DNA of 64,000 nt from Octopus sinensis (Eukaryota). Location: contig NC_043007.1 of NCBI RefSeq assembly GCF_006345805.1, forward strand, positions 12,338,001 through 12,402,000, given 5' to 3'. The position numbers and the translations under genes were made by a program. Positions 1-11,775 of this stretch are shown one piece after another. Each line of letters starts with the position of its first letter. Within the stretch, counting starts at the first letter, position 1. The notes beneath the pieces were generated by a model. That model made no database searches. It was not told the origin of the DNA and was given only the letters and a program-made list of their open reading frames with translations.

Positions 1-226
1 CGATGGGACACCGGTCCGTCGCAGGTGAGCTGCAAGATGCAGGAGGAAAGAGTGAGAGAAAGCTGTGGTGAAAGAGTCAGCAGAAGTTCGCCATTACCTT
101 CTGCCGGAGCCGCGTGGAGCTTAGCTATTTCGCTCATAAGTACACGCATCGCATAGTCTGAGATTCGAACCCGCGATCCCTCGACCGTGAGTCCGCTGCT
201 GTAACCACTAGGCCATGTGCCTCCAC
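1..226 (-). mobile_element. tRNA-derived SINE, family D (truncated by window edge)
   Basis: Reverse complement starts GTGGAGGCACATGGCCTAGTGGTTA...GGGTTCGAATC (A/B-box-like head). Body matches 51460-51765. Confidence 0.8.
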
Positions 227-467
227 ACACTGTGACTGACGTTAGATAAGAGACCCCAGCCATAGAAACTGTGCCAAACATGAGACACAGAAACAAGATG
301 AGATCCTCTGTCTGACCTGCTGGATTCTGTTTAACCATTAAACGGTGGTGGTGGTGGTGGTGGCGGTGGTGATATATTTAATTTTAGTTTTGGTGATAGA
401 AACAGGGAAAACAGAATTCAAAACAAGAAATATAGAATTAGTTAATAAAAAAAAATTGATAAATATA

Positions 468-619
468 GTGGCTGTGTGGTAAGTAGCTTGCTTGCTAACC
501 ACATGGTTCCAGGTTCAGTCCCACTGCGTGGCACCTTGGGCAAGTGTCTTCTACTATAGCCTCAGGCCAACCAAAGCCTTGTGAGTGGATTTGGTAGATG
601 GAAACTGAAAGAAGCTCAT

Positions 620-712
<93 letters not shown>

Positions 713-870
713 TGTGTGTGTTTGTCCTACTAACATCGCTTGACAACTGATGCTGGTGTATTTACATTCCCACAACTTAGTGGTTCAGCAAAAGACTGAT
801 AGAATAAATGCTAGGCTTACAAACAGTAAGTCCTGGGGTTGATTCTTTCGACTAAAGGCAGTGCTCCAGC
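468..870 (+). mobile_element. Composite tRNA-headed SINE, family A, with internal (TG)n
   Basis: GTGGCTGTGTGGTAAGTAGCTTG...GGTTCAGTCCCACTGCGTGGCACCTTGGGCAAGTGTC head, internal microsatellite and conserved 3' half. More than 15 related copies or fragments occur in the window. Confidence 0.85.
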
Positions 871-879
871 TTGGGAGGG

Positions 880-1045
880 TTGGGTTGAAAAAGAAGGATG
901 CCCAAAATGGTGAGATGGCGTGAGGGCAGTTGCTATGGCACTGAGGTAGATCTGGCCACCCCCATTAACGGGAACAAAAACTCGGATTCAAAACACTGGA
1001 TGATGATGCTGATAATGATGACGATGATGATGATGATGATGATGA
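880..1045 (+). mobile_element. Retroelement 3' tail fragment ending in (GAT)n
   Basis: Similar in reverse to about 13600-13720 (CCCATTAACGG...AGATCTACCTCA.TGCCATAGCAAC); (GAT)n tail. Confidence 0.5.
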
Positions 1046-1059
1046 TATATATATATACT

Positions 1060-1290
1060 AAGGCAGCAAGCTGGCATAAACGTTAGCGCCAGGCGAAATG
1101 CTTAGCGGTATTTCTTCTGTCGTTACATTCTGAGTTCAAATTCCGCCAAGGTCGACTTTGCCTTTCATCCTTTCGGGGTCGATAAATTAAGTACCAGTTA
1201 TGCACTGGGGTCGATGTTATCAACTTAAACCGTTTGTCTGTCCTTGTTTGTCCCCTCTGTGTTTAGCCCCTTGTGGGCAGTAAAGAAATA
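1060..1290 (+). mobile_element. tRNA-derived SINE, family E
   Basis: GCTGGCA.AAACGTTAGC...GAGTTCAAATTCCGCC.AGGTCGACTTTGCCTTTCATCCTTTCGGGGTCGATAAATTAAGTACCAG...GTAAAGAAATA. About 20 copies in the window. The central motif resembles the Meta-domain SINE superfamily (from memory, unverified). Confidence 0.85.
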
Positions 1291-2011
1291 TATATATATA
1301 TATATATATCATCATCATCAACATCATCATCGTTTAGCATCTGCTTTCCTTGCTAGCATGGGTTGGAAAATATATATATTAATTGCTAGCAAGGACACAT
1401 TATTTCGTCTTGTAGCCATAATATACTGCCAAGTATATTAAAAGACTACAAGTCAATATTGTGCCTTGCTTTTGTGCTAGCAGTGCAGTGTTTTCATTTT
1501 AAGTTTATCTCCACAGATATTCTATAGAATTCAGAGCTAGCACTGCTAGTGCAGAACTGGTTCTGAATTCTATAGGAAATCAATAGGGATAAATAAAAAT
1601 TACTGTGTTTATGTGTGTACGAGTACATCTTTTATCTGTTCTTTTATCTTTTACTGGTTTCAGTCAGAGGCTGAGACCATGCTGGAGTACCACCTCTCAG
1701 TATGGCTGGGCTTCTTTTCTGCATTGTTGGATGGAGCTACTCTTCCCTGTGGCCCCTCGCCATTATTTGGGGTCATGTGGTATCTCAGATGAAAATTTTG
1801 TACAGATATTCTTTGAAGGCCTCCACAACAACACTTTGAAAATTCCTGGGACCGCTTGCCAGAGTGTTGAATAGTTGCAGACCCTTATAGCATTTGGCCC
1901 TTATTGTGGATGTAGAATTCAGGATCTTTGGTATTTTGCATCCAATCTAGTAGTTGGTATAGCATTCAATTCCAAAGTTAGGAGATAGACCTTTAGGATC
2001 CTCCATGTGTA

Positions 2012-2228
2012 CAAGGGGTTGCTAAAAAGTTCCTGGTATTGAGTAAAACAAAATACAACACGATCATCAATTAATTATGGTTTTATTCAACATACTGCTC
2101 TCTCAGATTCACAAACTTATTGCAGTGGTGTTTGAGTTTTCCTAAGCCCTGTAAAAGCACTAAGGTTGGGCCTCCAACCAGGCTTTTCGCAGTACCCTTC
2201 AAGCTAGGAACTTTTCAGCACCCCCTTG
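2012..2228. mobile_element. Tc1/mariner-type MITE
   Basis: 25-bp TIRs (CAAGGGGTTGCTAAAAAGTTCCTGG / CTAGGAACTTTTCAGCACCCCCTTG, 3 mismatches) flanked by TA at 2010-2011 and 2229-2230. Confidence 0.85.
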
Positions 2229-2253
2229 TACACCACTGCATATCTACCACAAG

Positions 2254-2597
2254 GCGGCAAGCTGGCAGAAACGTTAGCACGCCGGGCGAAATGCGTAGCC
2301 ATATTTCGTCTGCCGCTACGTTCTGAGTTCAAATTCCGCCGAGGTCGACTTTGCCTTTCATCCTTTCGGGGTCGATAAATTAAGTACCAGTTACGCACTG
2401 GGGTCGAAGTAATCGACTTAATCCGTTTGTCTGTCCTTGTTTGTCCCCTCTGTGTTTAGCCCCTTGTGGGTAATAAAGAAATAGGTATTTCGTCTGCCAT
2501 TACGTTCTGAGTTCAAATTCCGCCGAGGTCGACTTTGCCTTTCATCCTTTTGGGGTTGATAAATTAAGTACCAGTTACGCACCGGGGTCGATGTAAT
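2254..2597 (+). mobile_element. SINE family E, head plus tandem second body unit
   Basis: The first unit ends AAGAAATAG and runs directly into GTATTTCGTCTG of a head-less second unit. Confidence 0.85.
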
Positions 2598-3041
2598 ATG
2601 CATGCGTGCATATGTGAGCGAGCACATGTGAGCATGTGTGTGTGTGCATGCACAAAGACAGGCCTGCACGTGCAAAGACATGCATACGTGCATGCATGTG
2701 TGAACAAGCACGTGAGTGTGTGCCCAAAAGTATCCAGTGTCGTTTCTAGAATATATTGTGGGTGTGCGAGCAAAAATATCCAGTGTTGTTTCACCCAGGG
2801 CATCACTGGTTTTAAGCAAAAAAAAAAAAGAGTCTGTTAGTGATTCCACAAATAAAATCATTAGTTTCAGGTTGAAACAAGTACTACAGTGTTGATGTGA
2901 GCAAGTAAACTGTGGACGATAGAGCTACAACATGGTCACAGTTCAATGGATTACAAGAATACAAAACAAAAATTGGATTTTGAATTATCTGCCAAATGCA
3001 AACAAAATCACAAGCTTCGTTTTTTTTTTACGATTATACAA

Positions 3042-3104
<63 letters not shown>

Positions 3105-3654
3105 ATGTGTGTGTGTGCGTGTGTGTGCGTGTGTGTGTGCAAGCGTATGTTGTAAACAAGCATTACTGTCATACAAGTGGTGTTGTTTCATTCCAGTCTT
3201 CTGTGGAAACCCGCCCAACCAACGAAATTTTTTTTTCCTACAAGTGTTCTGGACCACAGTAATGAACACATTTGCATACAGCCAATCAGAGCTCACCTTG
3301 ATATTGTTGTCAAGTTAACGAACACACTCTACCAAGTAAACTCAAGACGAAGAACGGTGTTGTAAGACAACCAATCACCAAGTTACGCCTGATTTTAGAG
3401 GGAGACAAGTAATTAAATAAATTTGCATCTATATCTATTACCGGATTTTGTTAGGGCCCCTTATGGTAGAGATGTGGATGGGGAAAATGTGGGTAGAGGG
3501 TGATGTACTAGCAACCCTCTACCCTTTACTGTTTTACAAAGTAAACAACAACACAAATAACTACGCAGAGGCAGCCATGGTTGGAACAAGAACAACAAGC
3601 ATTATTAAAAGAGAAAAGAAGCATGGTCATTCTTTACCCTAGTGACCTTATCTT

Positions 3655-4370
3655 TCTTTTTTATATTTTACTCTAGGCACATGGCCCGAAATTTTTAGGG
3701 AGGGGGCCAGTCGATTAGATTGTCCCCAGTACACAACTGGTACTTAATCTATCAACCCCAAAGGAATGAAAGGTAAAGTCAACCTCAGCAGAATTTAAAC
3801 TCAGAACTTAAAGACAGACAAAATACTGCTAAGCTTTTCGCCTGGTGTGCTAACGTTTCTGCCAGCTCGCCACCTTCTTTAAATATTCTTTTCTACTCTA
3901 GGCACAAGGCCCAAAATTTTTAGGGAGGGGGGGGGCAGTCGATTGATCAACCTTAGTATGCAACTGGTAGTAAATTTATCGACCCTGAAAGGATGACAGG
4001 CAAAGTCGACCTCGGTGGAATTTGAACTCAGAACTTAAATGCAGACAAAATACCTATTTCTTTACTACCCACAAGGGGCCAAACACAGAGAGGACAAACG
4101 AGGACAAACAAATGGATTAAGTCGATTATATTGACCCCAGTGCGTAACTGGTACTTATTTAATCGACCCCAAAAGGATGAAAGGCAAAGTCGACCTCGGT
4201 GGAATTTGAACTCAGAACGTAACGGCAGACGAGGTCGACTTTGCCTTTCATCCTTTCGGGGTCGATAAATTAAGTACCAGTTATGCACTGGGGTCGATGT
4301 AATCGACTTAATCCCTTTGTCTGTCCTTGTTTGTCCCCTCTATGTTTAGCCCCTTGCGGGTAATAAAGAA
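3655..4370. mobile_element. Cluster of family E SINEs including an inverted pair
   Basis: Minus-strand copies at about 3655-3880 and 3885-4232; plus-strand 5'-truncated copy at 4231-4370. Confidence 0.8.
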
Positions 4371-4860
4371 CTAAGAACAAGTACCAAAAGTAAGTGCTAG
4401 ACTTGATTTGATCAACTGAACAACTTCAAGATGATGCTCCAGCATGGCCCCAGTTCAAGAAACTGAAGCAAGTGGAAACAACAAAATAAAAACACATTTA
4501 TTTTTGTTATCTCTTCAATGACACCAACAACTCAAATTGAAGTGCTTTTCATTAATTTAAAAGTAAACGCATCCCCATATTTGCATAAATCCAATTCCAT
4601 ACATCGATATTTTATTTTGTAAAAAGTTTTGCATTTACTTTATGCCATTTCATTTAATTTTTGTTTCTATTCTCTCTGAGTTCACCTTCGTCTTCTTTAC
4701 GCAATGTAGGCCAAATGGCCACCACACCTCAACGGAATTTGCAAAAAAAAAGAAAAAAATCGTTTAAATACTGTATCAAAGAAAATGTATAAAAATGTTT
4801 GAAAGCAAAATCTAATCAAATAAAACAAAGTAGGCACCATGAATAATAATAATAATAATA

Positions 4861-4894
<34 letters not shown>

Positions 4895-5609
4895 TGAAAT
4901 AAAAATTTAAAAAAAACTTATGGATTACATCTTGAATTTCTCTCTTGACAGCTACCTCATTTAATGTCTCTGCTATATACATAATGATGCTACACTCATT
5001 GCCTTATGTTCAGACACACACACACAAACACACACATTTAATCAATATACTTCTTTTCTGTAAATTTCCTATCAGCTGACAGCTATGTCCACTCTCCGAA
5101 CAACTTCCGTCGCTGTGTCCATCCGTCCAATCTCCTCATACTTTCTTTCTATTTCGTATCGGAAATTTCAACAACTACCGCTGGCATCTATGTTTTTACA
5201 TGAAAGGGAAAAAAAATCTTCTCTCAAGGACAAAACCGACGCCGAAGCATACGAACCCACTTTTAGAAAGTTCCAAATTAAAGAATTATTTACACCGACT
5301 TTGTTTCCACTTAATTTCCTGTTAACTCCCTGGCAGCCACATGTTTTCAGTCTTGGCCAATTGCAACCTTTGGATTCTTAATAAATGTCCTTCAATATGC
5401 TTACAGCCTTGGGCAGTTGTTGATATGATACTATGAAAAGTTTGCACATGGACCAAGGCTTCCATATCTGATAAGAAGCATTTCTCAATTATCAATAACC
5501 TGTATCAAATCTCTAAAAATATCATAAGCTAAATTGGCAAATATAAAGGCAATATATATACTAAGATCACACATTTTTTCTTCTCACTTTTATAATTATA
5601 TCAGGGCAG

Positions 5610-6400
5610 TAAGCTGATAGAATCGTTAGTGTGTCGGACAAAATGCTGAGAGACATTTCTTCTAGCTCTTTCCATTCTGAGATTAAGGTCAATTTTGCCT
5701 TTCATCCTTCAGGGTTGATAAAATAAAGTACCCTCAAAATTGCCGGCCATGAGCCAAAATTTGACTGGACTATTACAATGAAGTGAAGGCACATGGCTCA
5801 GTGGTTAGAACATTGGGATCACAATCATGAGGTAGTGAGTTCGATTCCTGGACCAGGCTGTGTGTTGTGTTCTTGAGCAAGACACTTTATTTCACATCGC
5901 TCCAGTTCAGACAAAATACTTAGGGACATTTCTTCTAGCTCTTTCCATTCTGAGATTAAGTCCTGAGATTAAGGTCAATTTTGCCTTTCATCCTTTCAGG
6001 GTTGATAAAATAAAGCACTGTCCTCAAAATTGCTGGCCATGTGCCAAAATTTGACTGGACTATTACAATGAAGTGAAGGCACATGGCTCAGTGGTTAGAA
6101 CATTGGGATCACAATCATGAGGTAGTGAGCTCGATTCCTGGACCAGGCTGTGTGTTGTGTTCTTGAGCAAGACACTTTATTTCACATTGCTCCAGTTCAT
6201 TCAACAATAGAAATGGATTGCGACAATAAGGTGCCAAGCTGTATCAGCCTTTGCCTCTCCCTTGGATGACATTGGTGGTGTGAAGAGGGGAGGTTTGTAT
6301 GAATGGGTGACTGCTCCTCTTCCACAAACAATCTTGCCTAGGAGGGGAACTTTCTAGGTGCAATCCCATGGTCATTCATGACTGAAGGGGGTCGTTACTC
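5610..6400 (+). repeat. About 273-290 bp tandem duplication of a family E / family B SINE junction
   Basis: CATTTCTTCTAGCTC at 5654 and 5927; TATTACAATGAAGTGAAGGCACATGG at 5771 and 6061. The second family B copy continues to about 6400. Confidence 0.85.
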
Positions 6401-6488
6401 TTTTATTACAATGATGACAAAGCAGCAAACTAGCTGATGTGTAAGACAGAATGTCATGCATGTTGTATTTGCTCCAATTCTCTGCTAT

Positions 6489-6770
6489 GGTCAGTTCCAA
6501 AACCTGCCAAGGTCACTTCCAAACCTGCCAAGGTCACTTCCAAACCTGCCAAGGTCACTTCCAAACCTGCCAAGGTCACTTCCAAACTTGCCAGGGTCAG
6601 TTCCAAAACCTGCCAAGGTCAGTTCCAAACTTGACATAGTCAGTTCCAAACTTGCCAGGGTCAGTTCCAAACCTGCCAAGGTCAGTTCCAAACCTGCCAT
6701 GGTCAGTTCTAAACCTGCCAAGGTCAGTTCCAAACCTGCCAAGGTCAGTTCCAAACCTGCCAAGGTCAGT
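6489..6770 (+). repeat. 21-bp minisatellite, about 13 units (AAACCTGCCAAGGTCA[C/G]TTCC)
   Basis: Directly visible tandem units; the array exits into TTTCATCCTTTCAAGG, the family E continuation. Confidence 0.95.
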
Positions 6771-7829
6771 TTTCATCCTTTCAAGGTGGTGTCAATAAAA
6801 AGAAAAGTACAAGTCCAGAGTGGAGGATTGGCAGAAATGTTCAAGACTTGTACAAGATGCTTTGCAGAATCTATTCTGACCCCGCTAGCATTCCGGCATC
6901 AACGGCTGAAGCAACAAAGTTGCCAAGCTGTATCAACCCAAGATGGTGGCTTTTCTTTTGGATAAACATCAGTGGTATGGAGAAGAGAGCTTTGCATGCA
7001 CTGGTAACTGATGGCTTCCCTCAAAAACGAAAAAATCTTGCCTTGAGCCTGCACATACATGTGCTGATGCATGGTCAGCACTGACCCATAATGGACCCTA
7101 CAATGATGACCTCTCTCTTTCTCTATCTCTCTCTCTTCCCTCTCACTATATCTCTCTATCTTTCTTGCACTCCCCCTTCTCTCTGTCTCTTTGTCTCCCT
7201 CTCTCTCCATCTATCTATCTAGGTGTCTTTCTATTTTAACCTTTAACACACTATAGATGCAACATGTTGCTGTCTGAGTTTTCTCCCCTCTTGATGCAAC
7301 ACAATATACCTACAGCTACAAGGGAGAAAACTCATATATTACCATGATGCACCTAAGCATGCTAAAGGTTAATATACATGATCCATCTCTACTTAAATCT
7401 CTTTCCATCCATACATCCTTCTCTAATCCCTCTCTCCCAGATCCACAAACTGAATTATAATTCCTTATCTTTCTTCTGAAAAACTGCATTAATTTGAAAT
7501 TTTCTGCCTGAAATACTGAATGTGAAAAACACAAAAATTTAAAATTTCAATGTTTTCTTTACTTTTCTTTTCCTTTTTTGTTTTTTCACCTTCAGTATTT
7601 CAAACAAAAACATGAGCCTCATTAGCTAAATCCTACCTTTCAAACCAGGGTGGCTTTGGGTACAGTCTTTCCTCTGGATAAACAAATAAAATGAGTAATA
7701 TGCTACTCGAGATTGGATTTCACGTAAAGTGAAAAGCTACAAAAATGTTTTCAAATACTTCCCCTATCTTGAAATGTTATGGATGCTGGTCTGTAGAAAG
7801 TTATTTTTCAGATCAACTTCCACAAATCA

Positions 7830-7892
7830 TCATGATGATCATCATTATCATCATCCTCATCATCACCATCAACATCATCACCAGCAGTGACG

Positions 7893-7924
<32 letters not shown>

Positions 7925-7978
7925 GTTATCAACATCATCACCATCGGCAGCATCATCGGCATCATCATCATCATCCTT
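7830..7978. repeat. Degenerate (CAT)n microsatellite
   Basis: Direct inspection. Confidence 0.9.
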
Positions 7979-9419
7979 ATTTCAACATCGACATTTTACA
8001 TACATGGGTTAAAAGAAATTCGTTGCGGCAAATATTATATGGCCGGATGCCCTTCCAGTAGCCAACCCTTAACTGTTTGCAAATAAGGTAATATTTCCCC
8101 CAATTCTTTTGAACATGAATAACACAGATGCCAAACATGTTCTTTGGGAAAATTACAAATAAATAATACCAGTTATACGATGGTGACTCTTGTTTATAAT
8201 TAGCAAGCAATGTGATGCAAAGAGAGACAAATACACCCACGCACGCACATGCTCACACACACACACACACACGATGCACTTCTCTCTACTAAGTCCAGCC
8301 ATAAAGCTTTGGTCAAACCAAGGCTCTAGTGGAATACACTTGCCCAAGGTGGCGTCCAGTGGAATTGAACCTGAAACCACACAATAACGCCTGTATCTAT
8401 AACTTCCATTAATGATTTAGAAATTTAATCAAAGTCTTTTAATGAAACAATATAAATTTGTTTCAAGACCATTAATTATAATCACTAACTCCGTTCACAA
8501 TTATATATATAAAATGCTGAAGACACATTTGATAATTTAATTTCTTTTATTTTCTTTGCAGAAAGAAAAAGAAAATATGGAGATATAATTTAACATTTGA
8601 AAGATTTTGAAAATAAAAAGAAAATTAAACGCTGTAGTTTTTAATTAACAGTCTCTTTTCTTAAGCATCTGATATTGTAAGGTAATATTAATGGTAGTGC
8701 TGATGACAAATCGAAAAATACTCTCATAGAAAACCAAAATGCTATCATTATAAGCCCCAGCAATGAAAAACAAAAACACAGACTTGAAGATTTTATGAAA
8801 AAAGCAAGAAATTTTTAGAAATGTGATTTGAGTAAAAAAGATAAAATTTGAAGTACAAGATCTCAGCTCAGACATTTCAAAGAACGACATAATACAAATT
8901 AATTGATACTGGCATCTTATAATACAAATCTTATCAAGTGAAATGCATGAGAAAATTAGTGATTCACTATTGGAACTCATATAAAAAAAAAATAAAAGAA
9001 ATACATCGGTTTTCTATGGTAAATTTTCTTGAAAGCTGTAATTCTAGAATCAAACAGAAAAATGTTACAATCACTATGTTTTCTAAAATCAGAAAAAAAA
9101 AAGAAAAAAAAACGAAAATACAGTGAAATATTCTAGAAGCTTTTGGTTGTTTGCCTTATCCACCTTTTCTGAATAACAAAACATATTTTTTGTCTTTTTT
9201 CATGTAAATAAATTTAATATCTTTCGCCATTCATGACAACAGATAACAATCTCTAAGTATTATTAAAAATAATACAAGTGGCTGTGTGGTAAGTAGTTTG
9301 CTTACTAACCACATGGTTCCAGGTTGGGCTGACCAAAGCCTTGTGGGTGGATTTGGTAGACAGAAACTGAAAGAAGCCTGTCGTATAAATATTCAAAAGT
9401 CAATATAATTACGGCTATG

Positions 9420-9810
9420 AGGAGTGTAGTAAGTAGCCTGCTTAATAACCACATGGTTCTGGGTTCAGTCTCACTGCGTGGCACCTTGGGCAAGTGTCTG
9501 CTACTATAGCCTCGGGCTGACCAAAGCCTTCTGAGTGGATTTGGTAGACGGAAACTGAATGAAGCCCGTTATATATATGTATATATATATGTATGTGTGT
9601 GTATATGTTTGTGTGTCTGTGTTTGTCGCCCAACGTTGCTTGACAACCGATGCTGGTGTGTTTATATCCCTGTAACTTAGCGGTTCGGCAAAAGAGACCG
9701 ATAGAATAAATACTAGGCTTACAAAGAATAAGTCCTGGGGTCGATTTCTTCAACTAAAAGACAGTGATCCAGCATGGCCACAGTCAAATGACTGAAAACA
9801 AGTAAAAAGA
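9420..9810 (+). mobile_element. SINE family A
   Basis: Same head, internal (TA/TG)n and 3' half ending GACTGAAAACAAGTAAAA as 468-870. Confidence 0.85.
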
Positions 9811-10359
9811 AAAAAAAATAGCTGACATTTAATTAATAATTTATGATTGGCTAAATCCTTACAGCATTGGACAAAATATTTGTGGTATTTAGTTGCAGTG
9901 CTCTACATTCTGAGTTCAAATCCCACACCAAGGTCATCATTCCCGTCCATCATTCCAAAGTTGATATAAAATGAATACCAGTCAAGTACTAAGTCGATAT
10001 AACTGACTGTTCGGTCCCCACCAAACTCGTGACCTTCTGCCTGCATTAAAAATCAATATTACTCTGACGATCAATTATGAAAATTAATATTATAATGAAT
10101 ACAATCAAATATGGAAAATAAATAAGGATACAAAATTGCTGCAACACATCCAACTGCGTTTTTGAATCATATTTTTGTCCATTTCTTCGAAAAATGCTTA
10201 AATATTTTACTGGTTTTGAAGGTTTCTACTTAACCTGCTGTTATTTTAAGTTATAAATCATCATCATCATCATCATAGTTTATTCAGAAAAATAAGCCAT
10301 CCACTGGTAAACCGGTTTTACAGGCTCAAAGGGTTAATAGTAGCAAAGTTATTTTTTAA

Positions 10360-10615
10360 AAAATAAATGCGCCCTTTTAAAGCCAAGCCAGGCTCATGAG
10401 CCTGGTTTCCCGGTTTCTATGGCGTATGTGTTTCCCAGCTGGACAGGACGCCAGTCCAACGCAGCGTTACTCATTTTTGCCAGCTGAGTGGACTGGAGCA
10501 AGGTGAAATGAAGTGTTTTGCTCAAGAACACAACACGTCGCCCAGTCAAGGAATCGAAACCACAATCTTACGATCATGATGCTGACACCCTAACCACAAA
10601 GACACACGCCTCCAC
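10360..10615 (-). mobile_element. tRNA-headed SINE, family B-like (CORE-like centre)
   Basis: Reverse complement head GTGGAGGCGTGTGTC...GGTTTCGATTCC followed by TGTTCTTGAGCAAAACACTTCATTTCACC.TGCTCCAGTCCACTCAGCTG. Confidence 0.75.
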
Positions 10616-10820
10616 GCGAGCTGGCCGAAACGTTAGCACGCCGTGCGAAGTGCTTCGTGGTATTTCGCCCGTCGCTGAGTTCAAATTCCGACGAGGTCGA
10701 CTTTGCCTTTCATCCTTTCGGGGTCGATAAATTAAGCACCAGTTATGCACTGGGGTCGATATAATCGACTTAATCCGTTTGTCCTCTCTATGTTTAGCCC
10801 ATTGTGGGTAGTAAAGAAAT
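10616..10820 (+). mobile_element. SINE family E with 16-bp TSD, inserted at the head of a family B SINE
   Basis: TSD AGACACACGCCTCCAC at 10600-10615 and 10821-10836. Confidence 0.9.
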
Positions 10821-10889
10821 AGACACACGCCTCCACACAAAGTTATTTTACTAGGTTCTAAATAATTCTTACAATTAACCTGTTTTTAC

Positions 10890-11235
10890 TGCATGGCTCA
10901 GTGGAGAGAGCATCAGGCTCCTAATCCTGATGTAGTAAGTTCAATTCCAAGACCAGGCTGCTTGATGTGTTTTTGAGCAAGACACACACTTTATTTCATG
11001 TTGTTCCAGTTCACTCAGCTGTAGAAACAAGTTGCGATGTCACTGGTGCCAAGCTGTATCAGCCTTTGCCTTTCCCTTGTATAACACTGGTGGCGTGGAG
11101 ATGGGAGGCCGGTATGCATGGGCGACTGCTGGTCTTCCATAAACAGCATTTCCTGGACTTATGCTTTGGAGGGGAACTTTCTAGGTGCAATCCCATGGTC
11201 ATTCATGACTGAAGGAGTTCTTTACCCTTTTACTG
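10890..11235 (+). mobile_element. SINE family B (tRNA head, CORE-like domain)
   Basis: GCATGGCTCAGTGG...GTTCAATTCC head; TTGAGCAAGACAC...GTTCACTCAGCTGTAGAAA; 3' CATGGTCATTCATGACTGAAGG. Matches 6075-6400 and 52557-52900. Confidence 0.85.
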
Positions 11236-11269
11236 CAGAAATTAGATATTTCCATTTGAAATTTCAATC

Positions 11270-11775
11270 GCTGACAGAGCGACGAGTGTGATCATTGACA
11301 GAGCGGCTAACCGGCTTCCGTGCCAGTGGCACGTAAAAGGCACCATTCGAGTGTGATCATTATCAGTGTCGCCTTACTGGCACTTGTGCCCGTGCTAGTA
11401 GGGTGCTAAGAGCACCGCCCAAGCGTGATCATTACCAGAGCGGCTAACTGGCTTCCATGCCAGTGGCACGTAAAAGGCACCATTCAAGCGTGATCGTTAC
11501 CAGCGTCACCTTACTGGCACCTGTGCTGGTGGCATGTGTATAAAGATTCGAGCGAGGACGTTGCCAGTACCACCTGACTGGCCCCCATGCCAGTGGTACA
11601 TTAAAAGCACCCACTACACTCTCGGAGTGGTTGGCATTAGGAAGGGCATCCAGCTGTAGAAACTCTGCCAGATCAAGGTTGGAGCCTGGTGCAACCATCT
11701 GGTTCGCCAGCCCTCAATCAAAATCGTCCAACCCATGCTAGCATGGAAAGCGGACGTTAAACGAACGATGATTCA
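11270..11775 (+). mobile_element. Family C retroelement with internal ~55-70 bp tandem units and RTE-like (GAT)n tail
   Basis: Units of GTGGCACGTAAAAG(G)CACC; GGTTGGCATTAGGAAGGGCATCCAGCTGTAGAAA; 3' CCAACCCATGCTAGCATGGAAAGCGGACGTTAAACG. More than 15 copies in the window. Confidence 0.8.

Noticed and set aside
5075-5190. Minus-strand frame DASGSC*NFRYEIERKYEEIGRMD with an in-frame TGA (selenoprotein idea)
   Set aside because: No recognisable selenoprotein motif or SECIS element, and no homolog recognised.
6489-6770. CRISPR-like appearance of repeat arrays (also 22464-23300 and 33320-34070)
   Set aside because: Units are contiguous without unique spacers, there are no cas genes, and the context is eukaryotic.
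6456-6965. 169-aa repetitive ORF (NLPRSLP / KPAKVSS)
   Set aside because: A 21-bp SINE-derived minisatellite that is stop-free in multiple frames; no evidence of coding function.
8697-8720. CTGATGA...CGAAA hammerhead look-alike (also GAAACGTA at about 30306)
   Set aside because: No pairable stem II, III or I at 8.7 kb, and no CUGANGA box upstream at 30.3 kb.
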